A DNA stretch of 64,000 bases, from NCBI GenBank assembly GCA_002189035.1, contig NEEC01000004.1, forward strand, positions 2,170,001 through 2,234,000, in the 5' to 3' direction. This DNA is from Utricularia gibba. Lineage: Eukaryota; Plantae; Magnoliophyta. The notes under the pieces were generated by a model. That model ran no database searches, was not told where the DNA came from, and worked only from the letters and a program-made list of their open reading frames with translations. Both the position numbers and the translations under genes were made by a program. Shown in pieces: positions 26,151-40,500 of the stretch (its first letter is position 1; the number at the start of each line of letters is the position of its first letter).

Positions 26151-27377
26151 GTACATCAACAATTAAATCTTTTCCATATGGATAATAGTTATGGTGTGAT
26201 GATAGAATAAAGTAAGGTCAAGAGTGATAACTTAGTCAACATATAGATAAAGGAGAGTGATTGAATTAAAGTATGATCAATAAATTGGTTGCTTGTTGAA
26301 ATAGATAAATAAGAGGAATGAGCAATAAACAAAAGAGAAGAGAAATCTGGACACTAAATAATTGGGTTTTAAAATGCAAATATATTGTTTGTTGAAATAG
26401 ATAAAATAAAATAATGATCAATAAACAAATATAATTTTATATTGAATAATTGTAATCAATAAATGACATGGGATGAGTATTCAACTTTAATCATATCTTT
26501 CATATAATTGAGGTTGATCTTTAATGTGTTCTTGCTATTCCATTGAGAATGAATTTCGAGCTCATCTTCAACAAACATATTTTTCACTATTCTTTTTTTT
26601 CTTTGTTTTACCAACATATAAATAATAGAAAATATCATGGCTTTTTTTTTCTTGAAATTAGTAGAAAAAGAACTAAAGTTATGATCAAAAGAGAATAAGA
26701 TGATGATAAAAAGAAGGAAACTCAAGCCTCTGATATTAAATGATGTGATCGTCTATAGTAAAAGATATTAGTAACCCACAAACATGAGTAAGCTAGTCCT
26801 TCAAAGATAACTCATTCAAGTGTACTATCAAAAAAATGAATCTACTACAATTAAATTATGAAAGAAATGGAATAATTACGAGTCACATTTACAAATGAAA
26901 AAGAATTGAAAATGATAAATAAAACATAATCAAGCGCTTAAAGAAGAGTAAATTTCTAACAAAATTAAAAAAACAAGCAAATATCAAATTATTACCAATT
27001 AAATTCAAACTAATTAAGAAATACTCATCAAGTATTATAATAAATATCAATTAAAAGATAAATTTTATATTTTATGGTAATTTTACTTTAAAAGTAGTTG
27101 AACTTCTTTATGGATAATACTCTGAGTATAATTTCTAACCTTATATTGTTTATTAAAGATTAAAGTGTAGCTTCATTTTTTTGGCCTTCACTTGTTATGA
27201 TTGATTCAAGTAGAATAATTTTACAATCCAAAGTATTCACTTGTACAATATTGTCATTATTTTTCAAATGTTGTTTATAATCTTGCAGGGTTTACTTACA
27301 TATTATGCATGTTTTTACTCGATAACTATTGGTGTGTTGGTGACACAATATACAAAGGTTGGGCTGTTCGCTACAAA

Positions 27378-30250
27378 ATATTGATGCATGTGTTTTATGG
27401 TATAGATATGTCAGATATACGCTTGATATATTGATACATGGGTGTGTTATGATACATTGCTATTATTGTAGAAATTAAAATGTTAAATTTCTGTTACTCT
27501 ATTAATACTATCCATCATTTGATTGTGCTCTACTTTATTGATTTGATTGTTACTCTTTTCTACCAATATTTTTTGGATTAATATTAATTATTAATAACTC
27601 AAATAAGTTGAAAAATATATTTATAGTTTATGAATTAGTTAATGATTTCATTTAAAGTTTTGTTTTAAGGTGTTAAGGAAATGAAGAAATTTGTTTCTTG
27701 ATCATATCTGTTTTTTTTAGATATCTCATCGCAATCCTCAAGAGAATATAGATTCATATTTTATAAAGTTGGAAGAAATTGCAATTGGACCTAATAAAAA
27801 TATTGATGATAACAATAATGATAAATAGTCTTTATGATCAAATAATGATAAAATGAAGAAAAAAGTTGTAAAAAAACTAGTGTAGTGGAAATTGATGATA
27901 GCTTATTTGTAAATCAAGATCTTTAAAATTGTATTTATCGTCATCTAGTCCCTTGAGATGATATTAAAGGAAGACATATACACAATTTGAGATAGATAAT
28001 ATTTTAATATAATGATATTAAATACATATCCAATTAATATCATAATTGATAAGATTTTTTTTACTCAAAATAAATTCTATTTTATCTTGCAAGTAATCCG
28101 TACTATGTTGAGACTTTTTCTATTATTGCATTAAGAATAATTTCAGGTGAATTATATTTATATTGAAATATTATAATTTTATCTTATATATTTTATTATA
28201 TTTATCTTTTAAATTGTAAATTATAAACCATCTGAATATAATAAATTGGGGACAACCTTTTTAAAAAATGAAAAAGCATGTATTGAGAAAATATTGACTA
28301 CTACACAAAATACTTCATATTCTTTAGGATTAATTTTGACGTTTGATGAATACAGCGATTTACAAAATATATTGTGATAAATCTCATAGCTTTCAATAAG
28401 GGTTATATAATATTCATTAAAACAATAAATTGTGAGTGAAAATTCAAGAATATTAAGTATGGTTCTTCATCATTTGAAGATTATTAAAAAAATTGATCCA
28501 TCAAAAGGTAATATAAGTTGTTTGGACAATTCAAAGATGTGTAGGGCTATTGATTGAATTATATAGAGAAAATATTCTAAATTTGTTTATTTTATTGATC
28601 ATTATTTGATTTGATGATTAATTTGAATGTTTTTTTACATATTTTTTGTTGTAAATAAGTTGTATTGTTTTGCTTTTTCAAATATTTTGGGCTCTACACA
28701 ATTTAAATCTTGCTCTCAAGAATTTGTGTAACCAAAATAAAAATATTCAATCAGGTATGAAACATACAAAAGTATTTATGATGTCACAACTAGAATGGTA
28801 ATGATTAAGTATTTATTATTAATCACTACATGAGGTTTTTCTTGGTTAAGAAATATTATTGATGAAACAGGGTTTATCTTGATTGTAATTATATTTAGAA
28901 GATTTGTTTTGTTTAAAAAAGAACTGAAGTATTTTTTAATTAGTAAGGATTGGTGTGGGTATCAAAATGATAATATCGTGAAAGTTATAAAAGTGAGATA
29001 AGTTTTGCTGAGTTATTCTTTTTTAGATTATGTTGAGTTTATAATCTCTTTTACAAATTTAATCGATGAGATTTTGAGGTTGTGTGATACAAATGAATCA
29101 AATTTGCATTTAATTATTGGGATTTTTGACTCCGTTTGTATGAAGATGAAAAAAACAAAATGCAATTATGAACAAAATCATTCTTATAAAGAGAGTTTTT
29201 TTGGGTGTATTGTGAACTCGATGCTATTAAAAAGAAAGAGTGAAAGTTTGACAATATTGCATGCATTGGCTCACACTTTGAATTTAAGGTATGTTTTGAA
29301 TATTGAAACGTATATTTAAGGATATGTTTAAAGTTGTTTAAACATTAAAGATAACTTTGTTTGATATTATGATTACCTATTCTTTTGATAGTGTTTACAA
29401 AGAATAATGGAAGAATGAGCATTGCTACTTATTGAATATTGCAAAAGATAAAGAATTAAAACATTCGAAACGAGAATTTGTTAAGCGTTATTTTCTTAAT
29501 CAAGAAAAACAATTAGATGTATATGGTGTTATTGCAAAGTTTCAAGCTTGGTTATGTGATTTTGGTATCACTGATGCCATGATTGAAAGATTAAGGATGA
29601 AATTGATTATATGGTAATTTAATTTTTGAATATGAAAACCTACAATTCAAACTTAGCTATGAAAATGTTTGGTCATATTTTATTTTTTTCAACTTGTGAG
29701 AAAAATTGGATTACTTACAAACAAGTTCATACATTATGTAATAAGGCACAAATAAATAAATGAAAGAGCTGAAAATGTTCTGTTTATTTATAATAATTTG
29801 CGTCTTCTATTAAAATGTTCATATATGATGTTGTGAGAGTAAATTATGAGATATTATGGGAGATACAAATATTGGCATTTTGAAGAATACAACTATTTCA
29901 TTCTATAAAAATGAATTCAAAATGGAAGAATTGAAATTAATTGTTTAAACATATTGGTGTGGATGTTGAAAGAGTTTATATGAAAAAAATTATTATAATT
30001 TTGATATGTTATTTATTTTGTTATATATTTATTTATTTTAAGATGAGTTTTTAATTAAATATATTTTATCTAATTTATTTGTTATTGATTTTTAATAATA
30101 TTTTATTTTTATATTAATAAAAATAATAAATTTTAAATAAATGTATATTACTTGTATTTTAATAATATATTTTTAAATTTATCCTATTTATATCTTTGTA
30201 TCTGCATGTATGATAAATTCATATCCATATTTTGTCGATTGTTTTCCAGT
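27378..30250 (+). mobile_element. Highly degenerate hAT element (DUF659-type transposase remnants)
   Basis: DYVEFIISFTNLIDEILRLCDTNESNLHL..FDSV..KMK and LHALAHTLNLRY (29005-29319) match this hAT subfamily; strongly AT-shifted with many stops. Confidence 0.7.
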
Positions 30251-31692
30251 GAAGTTAAATCTAATAATGTTGTTTAAGATGAATTATTTTACAAACAGTG
30301 AACTCATATTATGAATGATGGGTTAAATCGGATTTAAGCCAATTGTTTTAATTTAATGTTTTTAAAATTTCACATTTTTTTAAATGTTTTATGAAAATGA
30401 TTAAAGTACAACGCAAACAAACGAAAGCATGTATTTGAATGGAGTATTGAAAACAGGAGAAGGAGGATGAGGATGAGGGAGAGGGAGGCTACGACCGGCC
30501 CATAGAGGCGTTGATCTGATTGAGTTGACGTGGGCCGTCCGATGCAGCAGCAGGTGGGGATCCCCATCATCATCATCATGCATCCATTCCCATTCCTTAT
30601 TCATTACTCCCCGTATTTTGTAGCTCAGCCTTCCACTGCCCCCGTCCCTGCCACCTACGCCTCCGTACCATTTAGAAATTTGGAAAAATTCACAAGTTTT
30701 TAAGAAAAATAAAAGATGCCACATGGGTTTGGGTTGGGATGCCCACTCTCCCTCTCTCTCATAACCAGAAAAATTTAATTGATTGTTGTCAATTTTTTCA
30801 AGTACATGTCGCCAGATTTCTAAATACCCGGTTCTCTGGTTTACAAAAAAACTAATGTTTATTGGCTGGTGAAATTGGATAATTGGTGATGATAGGTATA
30901 TCTTTTTTACATTTTCATGATGTTGAAAATAATTTAATAATTTAAATGTGAGACATGTTTGAAATATTTATTAAGATAATAACTAGGACACATTATTGTT
31001 GTTTTGAATACATATCTAAAATTAAATGAATACATCATTACTTTAAAATAATATATATAATTATTTAAGTAATAATACATTGAATATTAAATCTATAGAG
31101 TAACAAATTTTAAATAAAAAATATTATATTTTTTTTTAAAAGAATGGCTTTTGGAGTGTCGGCGTGGCTTGTGATTCAAGCAATGCCCAATTGCCCACCA
31201 TCCAAAAAAAATTAAAAAATATAATAAGATATATAATAGCAGAATATATTATTATTTTAATTATATTACAAAGTATAGGAATTCAAACGTAAATTTTCAT
31301 GAATAATATAAAAATACAAATAAATTTAAATTTATTTTTCAAGGCAAGAAATTATTTTTTAGCAACAATTATTTGCGATTATAATAAAATTATAATCATA
31401 TATAAATTCAAATTTGTTATATTGAAAACTATTTATTATAACATTTGAAAGTATCATTTTAATAATCAATCATTTATCACTCGTTTATTGATATCAATGA
31501 AATGGCATATAATAAGCTATTTGCTAATATAATATAGTAGATTTATATTCAACTTTATAAATATATTGTTTTTTATATAGATATGCCATTTTTATAATCA
31601 TTTTTTGAGCATATGGAGAGAGAATCTGATTATATATATACTAATCACATAATCAAACTTGTATTTTAAGATATTAAATATTATTTATAATC

Positions 31693-31694
<2 letters not shown>

Positions 31695-31730
<36 letters not shown>
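31695..31730. repeat. (AT)n microsatellite
   Basis: Run of about 18 AT dinucleotides. Confidence 0.95.
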
Positions 31731-31734
<4 letters not shown>

Positions 31735-33507
31735 TTATTTATTTATATTTATATCTAATTATGCTATATTTAAACATACTAATATATTAATATTAAACCA
31801 ACTTTTGAGGTTATCGTGGTTACTGATACACGGAAATTAGGTATTTAGAAATACTTGTGATTTAGGTTTCCAAAATAGATGAGGTTTATAAAAGTTTTAT
31901 AAAATAAATGATGTTTTTGTTTTAATTTATAAAATAGATGAAGTTTAATATAATTAGTATAATATATTTTAATTAATTTCATAAAAATATTTTACTCTAA
32001 TTAAAATTTGTAAGGAATAGATATATTTATTATAATATAGTTTTCGTAACGAATTTATATTATTTTATTTATTAATCATGTATGATTATGTAAATAAAAA
32101 ATAGAGACATCATTACAGTGTGGAATTTATGTTAATAACAAATATTAAAATTAACGAATTGTAGTATTTTACAAACTATTTTAAATTAAAATAGTGTATG
32201 TAGTAAAACACTAAATGAGCCAGATAAAAAACAAATATATATTTTCTATATTATCATTAATTAATAAAGCATTAAATATGTTAAATATAAGATTTTCTAT
32301 TATTTAAAACATATAAAATCAATCATCATTTATTTTACACAGAAAATTTAAAATATATAACTTTGCAAATGAAAATATATTAGTACGTAGAGATACCCAA
32401 CGCAGCCGTACTGATACCACTAATCCCCAAATCTTCTGTTCACTGCAGGATTTGTAATTATTTTTAGGAGTACAAGCAAGCAAATTATGTACTGCAAATG
32501 CAGCATACCATCGGAATGCTCTTCACATAACTTCACCTAATGCTCCTCGGGCTTAATAACTTCAATCGGTTTAGTTAACTTTTGTAGATGTAAAAATGCG
32601 TATATTTTCAAAATTATATGAAGGCTGAGATTTGATGGAATTTTAAAAATTTTAAAGCATTCCCCAAATAATGGGGGCAAAACCCACAAAACCCTCTCGC
32701 TTTCTCTCACTCTCTCTCTGCGGATGATATAAATGATGTAGGGGTCCCGCCACCCTTCCTTGCTTCTCTTCGTCTTCTTCTTCTTATGCTGCTGTTCGGC
32801 TTCTGGTTCTGGTTCTGGTTATGGACGCTGCTGCACTTGTCTCGGTAAAGCACAAGGATGGATGGGGCTGTCAGAGGAGATGAGATGAGATGAGGGAGGC
32901 CCCTCGGCCCCTCGGCCCCGCCCGACTGTCTGACTGGACTGACTGACTGACTGACTGACTGGCCGACGACGATACGATACGACGCCTGAGTTCATTTGTC
33001 AAGGGAAATCATTTGGGGGATGGATCGGGATCGGGCGTATCTGGGCTGGATCTCTATCTGTATCTGTATCTGTATCCGGATGTCATTCATTCCTTCACGC
33101 CGTCAAAAGATACGCCTCCTGTGTGTCTAACGGCGGCACGTGACCTGTCCCGTCCAAGCTGCCGCCCAAACTACACCACCACCCCCCCCCCCTAAACCCA
33201 CCCCAACCCTACCATGTTTTTCCTTTTACCATTTCCGGAAATTCCAGTGTTGAAAGATTAGCCCTTCATTTGGGCCTGGGGGGACCCCTCGTAATTGTTG
33301 GAAGATTGGAAAATCCAATAATTAGGGCTTCATGTATTGGTAAGATCATTTGTCAACTTTTATTCGTCATTTGCCTTCACAACATAATTCTTCTTTTGTC
33401 TCGCACAGAAAGACAAAAAGCAAGATAAAAACCACTTGATGAGAGCAGGAAACCTCAACAAAAAGCTACACATCCTCATCTGTCGAATCTTCGCAGCTAT
33501 CGCGGAT

Positions 33508-36500
33508 ATGGAACTCCCGCTTCGTCTTCTTCCTCTAATCATCGTCATCTGCCTCATCCGATCACCGCCTTTCCTCCATGCACAGCAGCACGCCGATCTG
33601 CAGACCCTTTTGGCCCTCAGGTCTTCGCTCCTCGGTCCAGGTGGGGAAGGGCTCCACGACTGGGTTCCGCCCTACTCCGCTGCCAACGTTACATCTCATT
33701 GCTCTTTTTCCGGCGTTGCCTGCGATGAAAACCACCGCGTGGCCTCCCTAAGCCTAAAAAATATTCCTCTTTTTGGTTCTATTGGGCCCGAAATTGGGAT
33801 GCTTCAGAGCCTTGTTAATCTCACCCTCGCTGGAGTTAACCTCACCGGTCAGTTACCCATGGAAATCGGTAACCTGGTATCATTGAAGTACGTCAATCTG
33901 AGTTGGAACATGATCAATGGAACACTTTCTGGGAGAATGTTCATGAGAATAACAGAACTTGAAGTGTTCGACGTGTACAATAACGAGTTTACAGGGCCGC
34001 TACCGGCGGAGTTCGTCAAGTTGCGGAAGCTCAAGTATTTGAATCTAGGGGGGAATTATTTCTTCGGCGACATCCCCGAGATTTATTCCGAGTTTAAGGC
34101 CTTGACTCATTTAGCCTTGCAAGGCAACTCTTTGACAGGGAGAATCCCTGCAAGTTTGAGCAGAATACAAACTCTCCAACAGCTTTATCTGGGTTACTTC
34201 AACAGTTACGACGGCGGAATCCCACCGGAGTTTGGTTCAATGAACAATCTACAGCTTCTCGATCTCGGCAGCTGTAATCTTTCAGGCGAGATTCCGGCGA
34301 CCCTTGGAAATCTCAAGCATCTGCATACTTTATTCCTTCAGGTAACTTAATAATTACAACGCAGTTTTCTTTACTTGACGCCACTGTACAAATTTATTGA
34401 GGGGTCATTTTTTGTCTGTGTAAGGTGAATAATTTGACTGGACAAATTCCGGCAGAGCTCTCTGGCCTTACAAGCTTAATGTCTCTAGACCTCTCCATCA
34501 ACAATCTCATTGGAGAAATCCCAGAAAGCTTCTCGCAACTGCAAAACTTAACACTCTTAAACTTGTTCCAGAACAATCTCCGTGGCCCAATTCCAGGATT
34601 TATCGGAGGCCTGCCGAATCTTGAAGTTTTTCAGATATGGAACAACAACTTTACACGCGAGTTACCTGAGAATCTTGGCCAGAATGGGAAGCTTTTGCTT
34701 CTTGATGTTACTCAGAATCATCTTACGGGGATGATTCCGAGGGATCTTTGCAAAGGAGGAAGATTAAAAACTTTGATTCTTATGGACAATTTCTTTTTTG
34801 GACCACTGCCGGGGGAGATTGGTGCGTGTATTTCTTTGAGGAGGATTAGAATCAAGAATAATTTCTTTAACGGAACGGTTCCTCCAGGGATCTTCACACT
34901 GCCATTATTGGACATGCTTGAGCTTGATAACAATCTCTTTAGCGGAGAGTTGCCTGAGAATTTTTCGGATAACACATTGGGAAGCCTCACTCTATCAAGG
35001 AATTCTCTTTCGGGGACTATACCACCGGCGATCGGGAAATTGTTAAACCTTCAGATTCTGTCCCTGGATATGAACAACTTTTCTGGCGAAATTCCAGGTG
35101 AAATTTTTGATTTGGAAAATCTTTCTAAGCTGAATCTCAGTGGGAACTATTTGACGGGTGGAATTCCGGCTACCATCAATCGTAGCACCCACATTACCTT
35201 CATTGACTTTAGCCGGAATAATTTATCCGGTGAGATTCCGACGTCGATCTCCGGGTTGCCGATCCTGAACATTCTGAACCTCTCAAGGAATCAGCTAATT
35301 GGAAATATCCCCGAAGAAATTGGGTTGATGAAAAGCTTGACAGTGTTCGATGTTTCGTATAACAATTTCTCCGGCAGACGGCCCACGACAGGGCTTCTGA
35401 AGGATCTCGATGACCGTTTCTTTGCCGGCAATCCAAATCTCTGCACGACTCATGGCGCCGCATGTGATTCATCTTCACTCGCGTCTCAGAATACTCGCAA
35501 AAGGCATGAACCAAGGATCTTTTTGATCGTGTTGGTTATCGTCCTGTTCTCCATTTTTTTGGTACTTCGGCATTATTTTTCCGGGAAATCGAGAGCTTGG
35601 CAACTCACAGCCTTTCACAGGCTGAACTTCACCGCTGAGGATGTCCTTGACTGCCTGAGAGAAGAGAACATTATCGGCAGAGGTGGTGCGGGCATCGTTT
35701 ACAGAGGATCCATGCCTAACGGAACCGACATCGCCATTAAACGGTTAACCGGGAAACCTAATAGCTGCGGTGATCATGGTTTCTTGGCGGAGATTCAGAC
35801 GCTGGGGCGGATCAGGCATCGTTACATTGTAAGGCTATTGGGTTACGTTTCTCTGGAAGACACAAACTTGCTGCTCTACGAGTACATGTCCAACGGTAGC
35901 TTGGGAGAGATGATCCACGGCTCCAAGGGCTCCCATCTGCAATGGGACACTAGGTACCGCATAGCAGTGGAGGCTGCGAAGGGTTTGTGTTATCTGCACC
36001 ATGACTGCACTCCGGCGATCATCCACAGAGATGTGAAGTCGAACAACATTCTGCTCGACTCCGATTTGGAAGCTCATGTAGCTGATTTTGGGCTTGCTAA
36101 GATCTTGCACGACGCTACCGCGTCGGCGAGCATGTCCGCCGTCGCCGGGTCCTACGGCTACATTGCTCCTGGTAATGATTTCATCACTGTTTGTTTGGAG
36201 TTTTTCAATTTTCTGCTTGATTGATTGATGTGGGGTTAATGGAACAGAGTATGCGTACACGCTGAAAGTGGATCAGAAGAGCGATGTGTACAGTTTCGGG
36301 GTGGTGCTACTTGAGCTTATCACCGGCAGGAAACCAGTTGGTGGGTTCGGCGATGGCGTGGATATCGTGAGATGGGTCCGGAAAATAAAGTCTGAAACGT
36401 CTCCCCCCTCCGATGCTGCGGTGGCCCTGGCGGTGATCGATTCCCGGCTCACCGGGTACACGGGGAGTGCGGTAGTGAATCTGTTCAAAATTGCGATGCT

Positions 36501-36594
36501 TTGCGTGGAGGAAGATAGCTCCGGTCGGCCGACGATGCGCGAGGTGGTTCATATGCTCGAGAATCCACCGGCTATCAGCCTTGCCACCGTATGA
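33508..36594 (+). CDS. CLV1: CLAVATA1-like LRR receptor kinase, exons 33508-34341, 34425-36171 and 36248-36594 (975 aa)
   Basis: [15 protein letters not shown]; [10 protein letters not shown]|VNNLTGQIP; [33 protein letters not shown]; [11 protein letters not shown]; HRDVKSNN; DFG; SDAAVALAV; [11 protein letters not shown]; these fit CLV1 better than BAM; an upstream in-frame ATG exists at 33439. Confidence 0.92.
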
Positions 36595-37549
36595 TCTGCC
36601 GCCCACCTGCGTTGAACGCCTTTTGCTTCACGTCTTGGCCCTTAGGTTCAGTTTTAAGAAACATGAAAGGCTGTGTACAGATAGACGTGCTGATAGTTTT
36701 GAAGGCCAAGCAAAATCCTGTGCCTCGAGAAACGTTCATGTCCATCAGCACCATCCCAAGAACGTATTTATGCTGCTTCCCGGTCAGTCCAAATCAAATC
36801 GACCTACGTAATGCAAACCTGCTAAAACTGAATCACATCTCTGTAATCTGGAATTCCTTCACTCGAAGGATTTGGAAATTGCCGTGTGTTCCAAGTACAT
36901 CATCCGACAAGTGACTTGGGCGTCGAAGGTGCAGTGGACGTTCTCGTGAGTGAAGACGAAGGGATAGAAACAGGATCGCCTTAAACTTTCTAGGGAGTGT
37001 TATGCAGTAGTATCATCTGGGACACGAATTCTAGTTGTTAATTCCATCATTTTCATTGAGGATGGGAAACTGAATCAGTTTCAAGGGGACATGACGTGGA
37101 GAATATTGGAAATGTTACTAAAATTTGTTGCGGTAATTCAATTTTATTTATTGTCAACGAAATAACTGAATTTGATAATGAAATTTATAAAATAATTATA
37201 ACAAAGACCACAATAGACATCATGTATTAATGATCTAGGTCATTTACAAATGAGATCATCCTTCAATTCTTTTTTACACGCTGAAGTAGATTTTTTTTAT
37301 TTAAACATGATCATTTTTCTCCCATATTGAAAAGGGATGACCACATTTCTAATAGTTCCTAATGATCCTTGATTACAATTTTCTTTTCTTTTTTTAATAT
37401 TATTTGAAAAATTTTCAATAAACGTTAAATTAATAATTTATTTTAACATTCAGTGTAAATACACATTTATCGAGTAAAATATTAGATATTTTAATAATAT
37501 TTCTGAAGTTTTTTCTTATTTAATAAAGTGTAGTCCATGGAAATCCTTT

Positions 37550-40500
37550 TTAATCACTCATTATATATGTATTACTATTCCTTAGTAGATTTAAGAACTC
37601 ATAATAAAAATTCATTAAAATTAGATTGTGTAAATATTGTTGAATAAAAAATGATAATATCAGAGAGATACATTTCTATATTTTTTTATTAAATTGTGTA
37701 GTTGGAAAAGAAATGGTTTGTGAAACTTAATTATTTCATTTTTGGAAAATCATGGAAATAACCTTAATGTGCTACAATATTTTGGATTGTAAAATATAGA
37801 TAATGACCACACTCTTTGATTTAACCTATGATATAAATGCATTTATTGTATACGTTTGATGTTGGTTACTCAAGGTATTTCTCCATTGCTTTGTGATGTT
37901 ATCTTTATTCATAGTCTAGCATTGAAATGCAAAATAATTGTAATTTTGTGTATCCTTTTTATGCATTATGAGCATAAGCTCTTGGTGATCAACGTAAACG
38001 CCACTATGTGCTTTCCTTTAGCTAGTAATTTATGTAAAAATAATAAATATAGCGAAATTTACATTGCTCGATGCTTGTGCTGTAATAATGAGATTGCCAT
38101 GAACATATATGCCAAAATTAGCACAATGAGTAAGTCATTAATACTTGAGCCATGAACACATAACAAGTATTCATGTGTGTATTGGGAAAACCCCCAATCT
38201 TGAAAAAACGCATAAATTGTGTGATTCTATGACCTTTTAGATTGCTTAAAACCATTTAGTGCCTTGTGTAACTTTAGAACTTCGTTATCATTTAAACTTC
38301 AATGAAACCAAGTGAGTGCTCAACGTAGATATTTTCTTCCAACACTCTATCTAAAAATTTAGACTTAATATTCATTTGTCAGACTTTCCAAAGAAACTGA
38401 ACTACTAAAATGATAATTATATGCAGTGTCTCCATTGTTGCCACATGTGTGAATGCATAATCATAATCGATCCCCTTCTTTGGTTTGTATCATTTGACAA
38501 CTAATCTATTTTTAAACCTATCAATTTAACTATTTGCTTTATGTTTTATCATGTACAATTATCTTACTTAAATCATACATTTATTAGTAAATCTATCCAT
38601 CAAGCTCGGAAGTATTTGCTCATTGTGGCAGCATTTCTCATATTGTATTTTCTCCTTTCATTAAGGTTTTAATTTCCTCTTTAGATTTAAGACAAATTTC
38701 ACTTTATAGAAATGACTTCTTTTCTAAAATATATTATAGATTATGTAAAAGCTCGTTTGATCAATTCTTGGTAAAAAAAAAACATGTATTTCGTCATTTA
38801 ATTGATTTCCATATCATTTAAATTGAAAGCAAAGTTTTTTTCCAATGAGAGATCAATGTGAATTTTTGAATAAACTTCATCAGTTTTAGGTTTCACCAAA
38901 TATCTTACTACAATGATACTGTAGAAAATCATGGGTGGAGTATTTGGTGAACACCCAAAATCTACATCAGCAAAAGTATGTTCAACATGCATCATTGTAT
39001 AATGAAAGACTTCTAAATCCTCAAAAAAAATGTTTACAATGATGCGATCTAAAATATAACATATTTTTCGATCCACATTTGTTTCTCTTCTTTTCATCCA
39101 TTCTCCATTCTCCATCACATGTGTTTTTCCTTGTAAAAACAAACAAAAATCCCGTTGAGACAAATGCATTCAAAAGTCATGTATCAACCAACGGAGAATT
39201 GAATTACATGAAAAGAATTAAACTGATAATTTAAATCCATCAAAACCAATAAAAATAAACTCTTTTTCAGTCATTTTTCTGTAATCCCTTTTGATATCAA
39301 AATCATCATTCATCACAACTTTTGGTGTTTGCTTTGTTAAAGCAATTAACAAATAGTGGTATAGTTACGAAAATTCAAATAATGAGAATCTTATATTGTG
39401 TATAAAATAAAATAATAGTTTAAGAATTTAAATGAATTTAACAATTCCATAAATCCATGAAAATATTATATTGTGTGTAAAATAAAGCAATTTCTCATTG
39501 ATCAAAATATGATCAATGAAAAAAAAGATGAAATACTATATGTGGATATAATTTATCATTTATAATATGTTTGGTATATGAATAAGTTATACATAGGATT
39601 AAAAGGATATATGAAGAGAGAGTACATGACACGATAATTTTATTTCGATCATTTCCATTCTATTATTTTATCTCATATTTATGGTATAAATTATCCGGGA
39701 TATAATTTATTATACATATCAAACATCATATTTTTCTTTTCTTATTTAATTATCCCCTTTATACTTTCTACCAAACACACTCTTAAGGTTTAATAATTCA
39801 ATAAATCTCAATACAAACCTCATAATTGGTTGGTTATTTTCGTGAAATCAATTAAAAAGATCATATTAACCCCTTTTACATGGTTTAACTTAATTTTCTT
39901 TAAGTTCTTATGTAATCTTATCATTACATTTATTTTTCAAGTTTTGTTTCTTAGAATAGGACAAAATGTATAATTAATATTTTTGAGTTTTGGTATCAAT
40001 GCATGTAGGCTACGAAATATAGTTTACATCAAACTTATATAAAAATTATATTACAAAAAACACATATTTCTTTCATCGACTAGAAAATATTTCAAATTTC
40101 AAATTTTTTGTAAATGATTTTTTGGTTAAGAAGATATATTTTTTTTATTTGTTAGATGTAATTGTACCAATAGTTACTATCTATTTGATGATATTTAGAT
40201 ACTAGTAAAGAATGAGAGATATTGATTTTTCTTTAAATGTATCTTCTTTTATTCTTGATTTATATCAATTTCTTGTGAGAAATTAAATGAAGGGTTGGGA
40301 AAAATGTAGGAGTTGCTATTTAAAATTGTCTTTATTTATATTGAATATCATAAACATTATAAAAACTTTTTAATCCCATTAGCCCTTTTCTCCATTGATT
40401 AGTTCTTATCATTTGACAATGTGTGTATTTTTTTCTTTTGTGATAACCCTTGATTCAACCTTATCGGATATAGGATGAGAATTTTTGACTGTTGATGAGA

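Noticed and set aside
30370-30724. ORFs MMMMMGIPTCCC... and MWHLLFF...
   Set aside because: Generated by (GAT)n and (GAG)n microsatellites; no family similarity recognised.
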